Counted from the first letter of the stretch, positions 13,341-27,450 are shown. The stretch is 64,000 nucleotides of DNA from Octopus sinensis (GCF_006345805.1 NC_042997.1:188666001-188730000), one strand, 5' to 3'. The notes: generated from the letters alone by a model not told the origin. A program made the numbers and translations.

Positions 13341-15786
13341 CCTTAAGTACCAGCTCCTCTAAGTAAAATGTAAGGGTAACTAACTAAAATGTGGGGGTAA
13401 GTTTTCCACTAACCTATTCATATTTTGATTTAAGAACTCTTATAGTGATAACCCTGTGACTCCCTCTGTTCAGTATCACTAGAGAATGCATGCCTGTATC
13501 ATTCTGAACACAGTTCTTCTTAACGACATCTTGATTGATATGAATTAACTTTGTGTGTACTAAATGCCTCTCGTTCTCATAGTGAAAAACATAAGCACAC
13601 CAATGACTTGTCTTCCACCTAGTTACACAAACCAACCATTTTGTTTCCTGGCCAACCTCCTGATATTGTTATTTCCTGTTAATGCTATTTGTCCAATCGC
13701 TTCTGAGTTTTAGTCTTCATAGCCTTGTCTGTTCCTTGCACAGAACAACCTCTGTTCATGTGATGATTATATTCAGAGTAGTTTACAAACAATAACAGGA
13801 GAAAGAAAAATAAGAAAAAAAAACAATGAAGAGCTGTTCAAAGTCAATATATATATATTTCCATGATGTATACTCTTGTGAGGAATCTGATTGATGCACT
13901 TCTCCATCTCTCTCTTACACATAATACACTGCTCTAACTTTTTTTTAACCGCCTTAACACACATTTTATTGTACAGAAACTGTCAAAACTAGACAAAAAT
14001 TTGACAATCTGAAAAGATGAAAGTTGTGTTGCTAGACGCAGGTCAGCTCTGATTGAGCAGACCTATGATTGAGACATTCTGGCAATGACTATCCCATCTT
14101 TTTATTAAAATATTAAAAAAATGTAGTTAAGGTTACATTATCTAATGTAACCCTCTTTTTTGAAGGTGGCAACATGTAACATGAAGATGATTTAGCAGCT
14201 AAGTTTAGTAGCTAGGCCAACTATATACAGGTTACTCATGTTGGTCTATGACAAAAGCCAATATGTAGTGGAGGTTACTCATATCAGCTTAGTACAGACG
14301 TGTGCAATACTTGCAGCCTTATTATCCTCGTCAGTGGTACAATAAAATTCAGTGTAGTGCAATATTTAACTTGGAATACAGTTTACAACTGGATGCAGTT
14401 CCTACCGTCAAGCATCAGCAGAGTACACTTCATGTGTCTGTACTAGTTTTGGCATTAGCAAAATGTGTATCGCGGAACCAAAAGTTCTCTTTATTACATA
14501 TTACTTCAATATAGCTTATTTTAAAATATTCATTATTTCATTATAGCCTTCTCTCCTACATAGGTTATCTCAGTGGTGTAAGGAATTTTGATTCTTCCTC
14601 ATGGTTAGTAAAGGAGAAAGGCAGCCAAATGGATATGATATTACACTCCCTACTCATGGGTTATGACTTCAAATCTACTGTTGGCATTTCATTTTGTTTC
14701 AGGAGAAAACACTGCATTCTACATTGCTTCAGTTCTCCTAGCTGTTGTGAATAGGTATCTAGTTATCTAGGAGTGTTACCTACAGTAAACAGAAATCTAA
14801 TCCAGGATGTAAAATTCCTCATCCACACTATGCTGTTCAATCAGAGCTAAGCACAAGTTTTTAAGGTATCTTTTGAGACCAAGGAGACATTTATCATTAA
14901 AGTTTTTACATAAGACTTTACATGAGTAATTGGAAAGTTTCCTTTTGTACGATAACAGCTTGGCTCTGCTGCAAGATGAGTTATGCTGGACAAGTTAGGT
15001 TACTTTTTGTGAGCATAAATATCAACATGAACCAGATCACTGAGTGGTAATGTAATCAGTATTGAAGCCCCAAGTCAAGACAGGCAAATGTGAATTGGAA
15101 AAATATTTCACATCGTCACAATAAAGGATTTTAATAAAAATAAAACTTAGTAAATAACCATAAATTCAACAATTTCTAATGAGAAAAAAAAAAGGAAATG
15201 AGATGTCTAAGCCAATAAATAGAAAACCTTCTAAGTAATTTATATCATTTAACTTGAAGGTCTCTTTTTTCAGATAATTTTTTTTAATATCAATATTATC
15301 GACCCTTTATCATAATACCAATGATATAATTTTATATAACTTTTGTATTTAACGATCTAAAATATTTAATATCTTAATATTTTTATTATTCAAAGATATT
15401 ACCTTTGGATTTAAACAACATCAAGTGTAGCTTGTTCTTAGAGTAAATGCACCAGTCACGTCTCATAACCAACCGATTAATCTATAGCTCTGCTAGTGCA
15501 GAATAGTAAATTGCTTCCTCACCAACCTCCCTGCTCCCCGTTCTGAAAAGATGTGAATAAAACTATTCTTCTTGGAATGTTCAAAGGTAGGTGTGAAGCC
15601 AGCAACCACACCCAGGAGAGAGAGAGAGAGAGAATGAAATGAAAACTTGGTCATGCAAATTGCTGAGATTTTAACTCTGACGTTCCACCCCATCTGCTTC
15701 ATTTGTCCTAAACGATCTTTCTTTTCAGCAGCATAAAGGACTGAAATTAATTCTTGAGGTAATTCTAAAAATTACTCATTGACCAG

Positions 15787-15833
<47 letters not shown>

Positions 15834-16258
15834 AAGAAGCACATTAGTATTACAAAAAATAGATATAATTTTAGTATATCTTCACTATTATGCAGAAAAA
15901 GTCAATAACTGCCAAGTAAAAATAAAAGTTAATATCGTATGAAGTAGTAGTAATTTGAAAGGCATATGTAAAAAGAACTAAGCCTGAACAGTCAATGTCG
16001 ATCAGCTATGCAGACAGAAGCCATGCTACATATGGACACTTGCCAAAAACCCAGAGAAATATTTTAAAGGAAGAGTGTGGGGAATGTTGCTAGCAAGAAC
16101 ATGGAAAAATAAAGAAATAGTAACACCAAAAAGAGAGATTAGGAAATGTAAATGTAAAACTAATGAAATAATCTAAAGAGGTAAAATGGAAGACGGTATG
16201 GCAAATGGCAAATTTTAGAACTTTATCCTCTACCTCAATTAAATGTGTGTGTGTGTGT

Positions 16259-16298
<40 letters not shown>

Positions 16299-16500
16299 GA
16301 ATCTACATGAAAAGACTGGGTTTGCATTTTTAGTCTTAGTCTATTGTACTTTCAATGACAATGTTATTGCACAAGTAGCTAGTAAAACCATTACTGCTTT
16401 TAATAATTCTGATTACTGAGTAATGGTTAAATAGTTATTGAGAGTCACATGAACCCTCATTTTCTGTTCTTCATTCATGATTTTACGTATTCTTGTTTAA

Positions 16501-16902
16501 CCCTTTAGCTTTCAGATTACTCTGTTAAATTTAATGCTTATTTATTCATATTGTTTTGAATTAATCAAGCATTATGTTGTAGCTTTGAGATTTCGATGGT
16601 GTGCATGTTTAGCTTTAGAATGACATTGTAGGATAGGTGTAAGAGGCTGAATCTTGCCAGTGTGAACATAAAACAGTTGGAATATTTGAGCCAGATCATC
16701 ATCATCATCATCATCGTTTAACGTCCGCTTTCCATGCTAGCATGGGTTGGACGATTTTGACTGAGGCCTGGCAAACTAGATGGCTGCACCAGGCTCCAAT
16801 CTTGATTTAGCAGAGTTTCTGGATGCCCTTCCTAACGCCAACCACTCCAAGAGTGTAGTGGGTGCCTTTTACGTGCCACCGGCTGGTTTAAACATTAAAG
16901 GG
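16501..16902. mobile_element. TTAA-flanked MITE type 2 (piggyBac-like) carrying a family C SINE
   Basis: TTAA|CCCTTTAGC ... TTAAAGGG|TTAA; body is the reverse of the 26986-27183 and 28153-28360 copies; SINE at ~16696-16882. Confidence 0.85.
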
Positions 16903-17323
16903 TTAAGAACCGAAAATTTATATACATATAAATTTTCTTTGTGATTTTTCTCTTCAGAGAATGAATGCTTTATAGCAGATCTATGATATTTTGGCTCAGG
17001 TTACAATTTCAGTACATAAAACTTAAGTCCGTTTCATGAATTTGAATTTTATCAGTTAGCTCCTTCTTGTTACTTGTCTAAAACTAGCAAAGCTTTTGAT
17101 CATGTCTAGATTAAAAAATCACATCACAGAGCTTTATTGGCCAATAATAGCCATGATTAGGAGCTTGCTAGATGGTCACTCTCTAGCAGTTGGCAATTAC
17201 AGAGCTCTCATTAATTTCCCAGTCCTCTTTGCTCCTAACCATCTAATCATCTTTCCTATGAACTTTCTGTCTTACACTGATGACCAACATACAACAATAC
17301 AATTCCTCTCTCATCTTACTTAC

Positions 17324-17378
17324 AGATATCTTGGCTATACACAAGATCAACATCTCATGTTACATTTGCACATGCAGC
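17324..17378 (-). other. Weak candidate 55-nt alternative leader exon
   Basis: Acceptor gctttgtgtttcag|GCTGCA and donor GATATCT|gtaagt. Confidence 0.3.
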
Positions 17379-17894
17379 CTGAAACACAAAGCATCTTACA
17401 TAAAATAAATCTCTTCTTTTACTTTTAGATTTAACTGTTTAAGTTGATAATTTTAGCAAATCTCTACTTCTTTTTAAAGAAAAGCATCAATTCAAAACCA
17501 TCAGACAGGTCAACTGATATATATTAATAATGCAGTTGAAATCTTCAGGTCAGCTGCACAAATATTCTCCTGTTCTGTCAAAAATACAGAAAGTAACAAA
17601 CGTCTCAACATAAATCAACGTTTCTCTTGGTAATTTTCAAATAAAACAATATTTCGTTAAATTCTGTTAACATACACAATGATAAATCTGTCACCACCAC
17701 CCTACAGAAATAGCTACAATCATATTTAGGAGGTTTACTACCATATCCATATAACTACTGTTGATAAATTCAAAATATGCTTCCGAGTTTGTGCAGAGAT
17801 ACGTAAATCTACATATACATTCAAGTGTATGTATAACAGATCCATCATGGTAAATATAAGCATGATCTAATGCGATATATTTACACATGCACAA

Positions 17895-17895
17895 A

Positions 17896-17952
<57 letters not shown>

Positions 17953-18109
17953 TATACACATACATACATATATATATGCATATATATATATATATATATA
18001 CACATACACACATACATATATATATATATATACACATACACACATACATATATATATATATATATACACACATACACATACATACATACATACATATATA
18101 CATACATAC

Positions 18110-18140
<31 letters not shown>

Positions 18141-18199
18141 CATACACATACATACATACATATATATATACATATATATGTGTATATATATATATATAT

Positions 18200-18269
<70 letters not shown>

Positions 18270-18290
18270 CACACACACACACACACATCT
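17895..18290. repeat. Compound (TA)n/(TACA)n/(CA)n microsatellite array
   Basis: Directly visible low-complexity array. Confidence 0.95.
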
Positions 18291-19017
18291 CTCTTATATA
18301 TCTATGAAAAATAACTCACTCACACACACACCACTGAACCATGTATAAAACTGCAATGATATTAGCTGTTTATGAGTACCATGGAGAGAAAAATATAAAA
18401 GAAACAATAGTAAAGTATGCATACATTAGTACATATATATCATCTTCCTGCCATTTAGCTACAGGTATAATAATATGAATTTTATTTGGAAACAATATAT
18501 TTTTCAATTTTCCTATAAATTTGCTTTGAAATAAACTAGAAATAAAAAAAAGTTTTGAGATGGGGTGGGGGTATTTTTTTCTCCCTTATTCTCCCATAAC
18601 TCACTTCATTCTGGTATTTGGTTCCAATTTTCAATAACATCCAATTCTTTATGCTGAAATATCTGCACATTTCAGGTAACTTGCTCTCATTATTTTTCAG
18701 CTAGCTTTATGAATAATATTATGTACAAATACTTCAAAACTGTCATATGTTCTTTTTTTTTTTTTTTTTAAATAAAACACCATTATTTTAAAATAAGAAA
18801 AATAAAAAAAATTTTTTTCTTTAAGACAGCAATCTCTCTTGTTTAAGGAAAAATTTAACATAGCTTATTTGACAATACTTTTTTATCTTGCAACATGCAA
18901 ATGATCATACATGGCAAAACACACACACACATAAGGGAGTTGAAGGGAGGCAAAAGAGACCAGTGGTGGAGGATACTGGCTAATTTTGGGGCAAATAACA
19001 CAGATATATGATGCCAT

Positions 19018-19617
19018 AAGACGGCGAGCTGGCAGAAACGTTAGCACGTCGGGCGAAATGCATAGCCATATTTCGTCTGCAGTTAGGTTCTGAGTTCAAA
19101 TTCTGCCGAGGACAACTTTGCCTTTCATCCTTTCGGAGTTGATAAATTAAGTACCAGTTACGCACTGGGTCAATGTAATCGACTTAAGCCGTTTGTCTGT
19201 CCTTGTTTGTCCCCTCTATGTTTAGCCCCTTGTGGGTAGTAAAAAAATAGGTATTTCGTCTGCCGCTACGTTCTGAGTTCAAATTCCGTTGAGGACGACT
19301 TTGCCTTTCATCCTTTCGGGGTCGATAAATTAAGTACCAGTTACACACTGGGGTCGATGTAATCGACTTAAGCCGTTTGTCTGTCCTTGTTTGTCCCCTC
19401 TGTGTTTAGCTCCTTGTGGGTAGTAAAAAAATAGGTATTTCGTCTGCCGCTACGTTCTGAGTTCAAATTCCGTTGAGGACGACTTTGCCTTTCATCCTTC
19501 GGGGTCGATAAATTAAGTACCAGTTACGCACTGGGTCGATGTAATCGACTAAATCCGTTTGTCTGTCCTTGTTTGTCCCCTCTGTGTTTAGCCCCCTTGT
19601 GGGTAGTAAAGAAATAG
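19018..19617 (+). mobile_element. SINE family B plus two head-to-tail 184-bp body repeats
   Basis: Full copy 19018-19250, repeats 19251-19434 and 19435-19617; TSD ATATGATGCCAT at 19006-19017 and 19625-19636. Confidence 0.9.
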
Positions 19618-20159
19618 ATGCCAAATATGATGCCATTCTCTGAAAAGATTTTCAATGCCTTCCTGCATTTTCATTGACTTAGTGTATTACGAAAGAACTA
19701 ATATTTTGAGTACTAAGCAGAACTGCATTGTACTTACAACGGCAAAGAACCACAAGCAGTAAGTGCTTTGATGACTTAGACATCTAACCAGGAAGAGATA
19801 AAAACTGTTGAAGAATTCTTTATCTTAAATGGTAAATAAATAAACTTTAAATTAATAACCTACAAAAATGAACTTCTGGTTTATCACCATGAAATATTTT
19901 CTTCGAAAGGCTTTCTTCTAATTTAAAGCACTCTTCTCTAACTTTCAACATTTTTTTAGAAGTTACTTCTATTATAAATAACTAGATAACCACTATTATC
20001 TATAACAAACACATGCAGAGTAAGTGATTCATTAAAATTTGTGGAACACGAAAAAAAACTTCATCTTCAAGTAAGCAGATCCATTTGAGTGGTTTCTTCC
20101 TGTCTCCTATATATATGTATATCACCATCATCATTTTAACATCTACTTTTCTGTGTGTC

Positions 20160-20278
20160 TCTGTGTGTGCATGTGCATATATATACATATACATATATGT
20201 ATATATACATTTACATATATATACATATATATACATTTACATATATATATATATATATACACATTTACATATATATAC

Positions 20279-20309
<31 letters not shown>

Positions 20310-20376
20310 ATATATATACACACATTACATATATATGTATATATATACACACATTTACACATATATATATATATAT

Positions 20377-20410
<34 letters not shown>

Positions 20411-20551
20411 ACATATATATACATTTACATACATATATATACATACATATATACATACATATATATAATACATATATATACATACATATATATATATATA
20501 TACATATATACATACATATATATATATATATACATATATATACATTACATA

Positions 20552-20590
<39 letters not shown>

Positions 20591-20591
20591 C

Positions 20592-20622
<31 letters not shown>

Positions 20623-20653
20623 TTACACATATATATATATATACACATATATA

Positions 20654-20694
<41 letters not shown>
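20160..20694. repeat. Compound (TA)n-rich microsatellite array
   Basis: Directly visible low-complexity array with recurring CACATTTACA variants. Confidence 0.95.
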
Positions 20695-20697
<3 letters not shown>

Positions 20698-20970
20698 AAA
20701 TCAGAAATAAAACAAAAATAACAAAAACAACAAAAGGACATACATAATGAATGTATCAGATTGATGCTCAGAGAAAGTTTAAGATTGAAAAAGAAAGAGG
20801 GGTGGAGTGATGTCTTGAGCGTGTCTCTTTATCAGAGATAGGAAAGACAAAAAAGTCCGAAGAGAAGGAAAATAACAGTTCAAGAAAAGCATGTGTCATT
20901 TACATGGCTGAAAAATAACTCACTCATATATATATTATATATATATATATATCTATATATATATATATAT

Positions 20971-21001
<31 letters not shown>

Positions 21002-21264
21002 ACACACACACACATTTACATATATATATATAGGGAAATCAAAAATAAAACAAAAATAACAAAAACAACAAAAGGACATACATAATGAATGTATCAGATT
21101 GATGCTCAGAGAAAGTTTAAGATTGAAAAAGAAAGAGGAGTGGAGTGATGTCTTGAGCGTGTCTCTTTATCAGAGATAGGAAAGACAAAAAAGTCCGAAG
21201 AGAAGGAAAAGAACAGTTCAAGAAAAGCATGTGTCATTTACATGGCTGAAAAATAACTCACTCA
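20695..21264 (+). repeat. Tandem direct duplication of a 232-bp segment
   Basis: 20695-20926 and 21033-21264 differ at three substitutions; separated by microsatellite. Confidence 0.92.
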
Positions 21265-21271
21265 TATATAT

Positions 21272-21352
<81 letters not shown>

Positions 21353-21959
21353 GAAAGAGAGAGAGGAAATATCTCAATTCTACTCGCATGTTTGTTGCTT
21401 TTTTTGTACATGTTCTGCTTATCCAAGTGAATGATCAATCATTTGTAATTATAGGAAGTTTGAAAGTTAATTGTCTTTGACACCGATAAAGCATAATTGG
21501 GATATGAACAGTCAACCATGCAATCAGTAGGCCAGCAACATTGTTTCAGGAAAAGTGTGATGTGTTTTGTGTGTGTTTATGAGTTAGTGAATGTGCATGT
21601 ATGTAAACATACATATATACACATATGTATACTTATGCATATAAACAAACACATGTTTATACACACACACACACACATACACCTACATGTGCGCACACAT
21701 GCATGCACCACCATGTTGTAGGAAGTTTGCTTCTCAGCCACATGATTCTGTATTGAGTCCCACTACATCACAGCTTGGGCAAGATTCTTCTACTACAGTC
21801 CTAGGGACACCAAAACTTTGTGAGTAGATTTGGTAGATAGAAACTGAAAGAAGCATTCATGAAAGAACATCATGTCTGTGTTTGTGTGTCATGTGCACAT
21901 ACATGAATGAATAAATGAATGAATGAATGAATGAACACATGCATATGTATGTGTTTTAC

Positions 21960-23400
21960 TTTCTTGCTAATGGTTGTTCATAAACTTCTATGACCATCTT
22001 CCCACTCAAGAGTGGCTCCTTTGATGACAGTACTGGAGACTTAACAAGAACATAGTGGGCATGAAACCCAATACAGATGTATTATAATTCTCAAGCTCTA
22101 TGACTACCACAATAATTTTAACATATGCTTAAACATGCTTGCATGGTTGGCCAAGTCTTCTTCAGCACTGTGTGTCACCACTCACCGCAGTTCCTAAACA
22201 TCTCCATACTAAGGTTAGTCCTAACCACTTAAAGTTTCCTCTTCCACAGGTTCCATGCACTGGGAGAACCCAGCACTTCTTTATACAGCTGACACATGTC
22301 TCTCATGCACACTACAACTGATTTCTTTTATACCCAGCATTTCTCTCAGTTCACTGGTGGTCCATTATTCACACACACCAATATTCAGTGAAGCATACTT
22401 GTTTCATTTGTTCCAAGTCCAAGGGAGAGGTGGGAGAGAGATCAACTCAGTATATCAATTATACACCCTGAAGGGATTAAAAGTAAGGTTGACCTATGTG
22501 CGATTTGAACTAAGAGTGCAGAGAACCAGAATAATAATTTTTAAAAAAAGGCATTCTATCCAATGCTCTAACTACTCTCAGATTTATTGCCTTACAGCAG
22601 ACATTAAAAGTGAGAAGCCATTCTCACTCTGGTTACCATACTTTCAGCACACTCACCCCACTCTTAATTAGGTAACAAAATCTATTAACAATTTTTATGG
22701 GGCCTTCGGATTATTTGAAAGTATTTGTTACAAATGTACTCTCACTATTGATTACTCTTGTGCATCACCCCACATACAAAGCCTACCTTTTCAGCCAACC
22801 CTTCTTGTGATCCCATTACACTTCTTGTGCATCCATACTTTACACTGAGTACAGCATATGGAATTTCAGCCTACACCTTATCAAACACAGCTATTTCCCT
22901 GATGGCAGCAGAGTTTCTCTTCTTCCCCACTAGTTATGGCAAAGCTTACTTTAGGCCCCTCAATTCTAGGTTTTGTTTCCATGTCTGGAATTTCTTCTGT
23001 AGATCGTCCACAGACCCCAACTATAAGGACATGGTCATCAGCATAAAGGAATTCCAATGGACAGCTTCTATTATTATCTGAAGTACTGTGATAAACAGAA
23101 GTAGATTGAGAACTAAACTCTGGTGAACCGTCTTTTTGTATGCTAATTCTCCCTTTGTTGACTGCACAAGTGTACATTACGTTTAAAACATAAAATTCTT
23201 CTGTTTTGACATGGAAAACTATAATAAATAGGAGAAGGCTAATAAATGAGTTCTGATTGACTTCTACTTGTATGTATGCCAAACTCATTTCTAACTCTCT
23301 TCTTATACTTCTGTTCATGGTTTGCACAACTCTCACAAGCCAACCATCAATCCCTAATTTCCTTTGTGACCATCAGGCTATAGAATGTGGAACTTTTGTC
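21960..23400 (-). mobile_element. Degraded RTE-clade LINE
   Basis: ORF 22881-23336 contains CPLEFLYADDHVLI (RT catalytic motif); GTCGRG-like C-terminal motif near 22260. Confidence 0.8.
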
Positions 23401-24738
23401 AATTACCTTCTCCAGGTCGATGATTGCTAGGTAAATTGGTTTACCCCTGACTAAATACTTCTCCAAGTTATTTTGCAACAAAGATACCTTCAACAGTACC
23501 GCTTCCTAACAGCAATCTCAAACTTCATTTCATCAAGGCTAATTCTGTTCCTATTCAATTGCTATAACATTTTCCAGTAACCATCAATACGCATGCTCAC
23601 ACACACACACACACAAATGTATGCATAAAAGTGAGTATGTGGAGAGAGGAGGAGGGACAGAAAGACAGAGAGGGGAAGAAACAGACAGAAAGAGAGAGGC
23701 AAGCTATATTTGTGTGTTTGTGTAAACATGTTAAATCTGTAGAAATATCATGAGATTTCCTTTAAAAAAATAAGGAAAATATTATGAAAAAGCTAGGAAG
23801 CAGAATTTTCTTAACAGCACAAAATTCAAATCAACAGTGGACACAATACAAATGTATTTAGTGAAATAATTCAATGAAATTATCTCACAGTAAGTAATGT
23901 ATTAATATATGCAAGAGGCTATAAGGAGTCGAGTTTAGAATATGGGATTTTATTTTAAATGTGTAACTAAGGCAACGAGGGAAGCACAGAAAATGCTATC
24001 TTGCAGCAACACTGGAAATTGTTTTTAAAAAGTATATTTATAAAATATTATTCTTTAGAATTAAGTGAAAATTTAAGGCTTCTTTTTGTTTTGTTTTTTT
24101 AAATACATATGCAGAATTTAAGCAATTGACATTTTCATCACAATTAACTGTTCATTTCATATTAAAATATTACCTAAGTTACTATAGAAGCATGTGATCT
24201 CAAAACTTTAGGCTTAAATTTTAAAAGATACCGTAAAGAATGGGTGGGGCAAATGGCTGGGGAAGGGGGCTATATTACTGAGAAAATTAATTTCAAAACT
24301 AATGTTTTTTTTTAAAAAGAAACTACAAGCAGTCAAGAATTACAAATAATCAGCAAAATGAGTGCAACAACATTATCAATGAAGCTTAATTAATTGCAAA
24401 AATATCACTGATGCTGTCTTGAACATATTTTTAAGTATAATTGTCAAATACATTTACTTACATTTTATTGATAAAAAGTTCAAATCAGTTGCTTTAGTGA
24501 ATTACAACCACAAAATTATTTTATTTTATAGAGGTCATCAGTAACAAATATAAATATAAAAGCTTTTCTTTCCTCATGCTATAAGAATGTTAGAATGCCG
24601 GTTTGTACAAAAATGCCCATTTCCTCAACCACACCCAATAAAATCTGAGTAAGTGATATAACATATGACTAAATATCAAGTTAGTGTTTGAGAGATAACA
24701 ACAACCCCCAATTTAAAACGGATTCTCTCATAAGGTAC

Positions 24739-24957
24739 CTGGAATATACATTCTTCTCCCTCTGTATGTCCCAACCGAACAAGTCATGTTAATATTTGCA
24801 TTTTGCTTATTCAGAGATCATCCGATCTCTGAAAGGTCTCCACTGTGAATCGTAAACATAGCTGTTCTTTTTTATAGTAGTTCAAAGAAAATATGCCGAA
24901 CAAAAAAAGTAATTCTTTCATTAAATTTGTGAACAATAGATCATCATATACAGTTAA
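24739..24957 (-). other. Candidate 5' leader exon (219 nt; alternative internal acceptor gives 24739-24828)
   Basis: Acceptor atcttttttttccctag|TTAACT and donor TTCCAG|gtacct; internal acceptor gacctttcag|AGATCG; non-repetitive, several CpGs, multiple uAUGs. Confidence 0.5.
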
Positions 24958-25590
24958 CTAGGGAAAAAAAAGATATATATATATGCAGATTAAAATTAAC
25001 CCACCACCACTACCACTACCTCCCAGAATATTACAGTTAAAATCTCTGCACTAATTCACTTGGGAGTTACAAATAATAGTGTACAATGTCATAAAGGAGA
25101 GATAGGCTGAAAGTTGGGAACAAACTTTAATGAATGTCATACATAAAGTGTAGACTTAATGACTAAACAAGGTTCCCATTGCTATTATATTTGCTTTACA
25201 ATGAATATAATAGCCACACACATTTATGTTTCTTTTGTCCATTAAGATGACAGCTTACAAACTGATTTATACAGAAGGTAATTCAAAACCTACATAGATT
25301 TCATATGACTGGTCATATCTCCTGAAATTACTTTTCCCTTTAGAGGTTACTTACTTTCAAAAATACTACATTTTATATTGGTCAAAGTCTCTTAAGTAGT
25401 AAATGCAGTTATCTCCAATAAAAGAATAGTTACTATGATTTCTTACAAAAGTGCAAGTATAGCTGTGGGATTAAGAAGCTCATTTTGAAACCACGTGGTT
25501 TCAGGTTCAGTCCCATTGCACAAGTGATTGAATTTAGTACATGCTATGTGAAAGCCTGTTGTGATATATATATATATATCCTACACAGTA

Positions 25591-25795
25591 ATGGCGGTGA
25601 GCTGGCAGAATTGTTTGCACGCTAGACGAAATGCTTAGCGGTATTTTGCCCATCGCTACATTCTGAGTTCAAATTCCACCGAGGTCGACTTTGCCTTTCA
25701 TCCTTTCGGGGTCGATGAATTAAGTACCAATGAAACACTGGGGTCGATGTAATCGACTAGTCCCCTTCCCCCAAATTTCAGGCCTTGTGCCTTTA
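25591..25795 (+). mobile_element. SINE family B nested in the central (TA)n of a degraded family A SINE (~25465-26020)
   Basis: ATGGCGGTGAGCTGGCAGAA...GAGTTCAAATTCC lies between a family A head and tail with (TA)n on both sides. Confidence 0.75.
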
Positions 25796-26745
25796 GTAGA
25801 AAGGATATATATATATATATATATCACTGTGTAGGTGTCTTTGGTGTCTGTTTGTCCCACCACAACACCACCTGAAAACCAGTGTCCTTGTAACTTAGCA
25901 ATTCAGCAAGATACTGATAGAATAAGTACCAGACTTAAATAGAAAAAAAATTAGTACTGGGGGTAATCTGTTTGACTAAAATCCTACAAGGAAAGCCACA
26001 GTCCAATGACAGCTAAACAAGCCTGAATAACTTTTACTTTGGGTGAGAAAATATTTTTGCTTCTATATTGCACAAGTCCTAGTGGTGTAATACAGTATCA
26101 AAAATATAAAAAGAAAGGAAGGAAGACTGTAGACAGAAGAGTGACAAAGGTAGGAGAGAAATGAGGAGTGTGTGATCTGATAGATATGTACTATGAATCT
26201 GAAAACCTGAGACTAGTAACAAAGTTGTTTTAAAATAATAAGAATTGGACATTGTTAACATGAGCATCAACAGCAGGAAGGTCCTCTGATAGGTGTCGAA
26301 AAGAGGATAGTGAATTATCTTAAGCTGGTGTTTGAAGAAAATCATCAACATCACGATATAAATGCAAATAAAACAAGGTGAGATACACAGAACTAGAGTA
26401 TTTCACATATGTGAGAAACAAATTTGAAAGACAATTTTGGAGGAACTGCTTCTTAAATAATTAAGATAGGTTAGTAAGTTAGTTATTGTTATGATTATTT
26501 ATGTTAGCATGAGTAAAGAAATACTTAAATGTGTATTTGGATAGGGATAAGTAGATAATCTCAATTGCAGTTTTATTATTATAAAATTTAAAACATGATA
26601 ATATTTGAAAGCAGAATACAAGATACAGAATGAAACTAAGATTAAGTGCAAAAAATTCAGCTAATGAATTTTCCCAAAAGAGCTTGGATTAAAGTATATT
26701 TTATGAATGATAAATTTTTAGAGTATAAATTTATTAACTATTTAA

Positions 26746-27183
26746 CCGTTTAACATTTAACCTTTTCATTACCAACTCGGCTGAAACCGGCTCTGACTCT
26801 GTAGTACAAATGTCTTGTTTTCATAAGTTCTGAATTAAAATCTTCCACCAAACCTTAGTCACAATTTATGTTCCTAACACTGGCTGAATGATAAATAAAT
26901 TATTTTACTAAATTCTTTGTTATATTTAAAGTAATTGAAAGAAACACAGAGCATCTGAAAATAAATACAGTAACAAAAGGGTTAAACCAGCCATATCCAG
27001 TGCAAATATTTTGTTTTATGCTCAAACCAGCCAGATCTGATCTCTCACACCTACCCTACAATGTCATTCTAAAATGTGACAATCACATTATTGAACTCTC
27101 AAAGCTATGAGATAATACCTAAATTCAATATAATGTGAATGAATAAGCCCTACATTTGACAGAAAAATCTGAATATCAAAGGG
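26746..27183. mobile_element. TTAA MITE type 2 with nested TTAA MITE type 1 (26761-26981)
   Basis: TTAA at 26742-45, 26757-60, 26982-85 and 27184-87; inner element matches 33490-33710. Confidence 0.88.
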
Positions 27184-27450
27184 TTAAACACAACATACAT
27201 TTCAATATAATAGGAAAAAACTAAGATGTACAATGGACAATACTAAATAAAATCTGTATGCTAAGAGAAGGACCAAGGGGTTTCAATAAGTATTATAAAT
27301 CTATAGTTTGGACTTTGTAAGAAAATTAAATCATTCCAGTAAAATTTTTATGATATGTATTTTTTTTTAATTTTGTCTTAAAAAGATTTATATATGTTTT
27401 GATTGACAAGTTAATTAAATAGAACAATTAGAAGTGAAAAGCAACTTTAC

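Noticed and set aside
17691-18314. Long ORFs rich in I/Y/C/V/H/T (also 20085-20741, 27811-28173, 30358-31019, 32902-33175, 51468-51941)
   Set aside because: Translations of (TA)n, (CA)n and (GA)n microsatellites, which lack stops in several frames.
19251-19617. Regular tandem repeats as a CRISPR-like array
   Set aside because: Units are contiguous 184-bp SINE bodies with no unique spacers; eukaryotic context.
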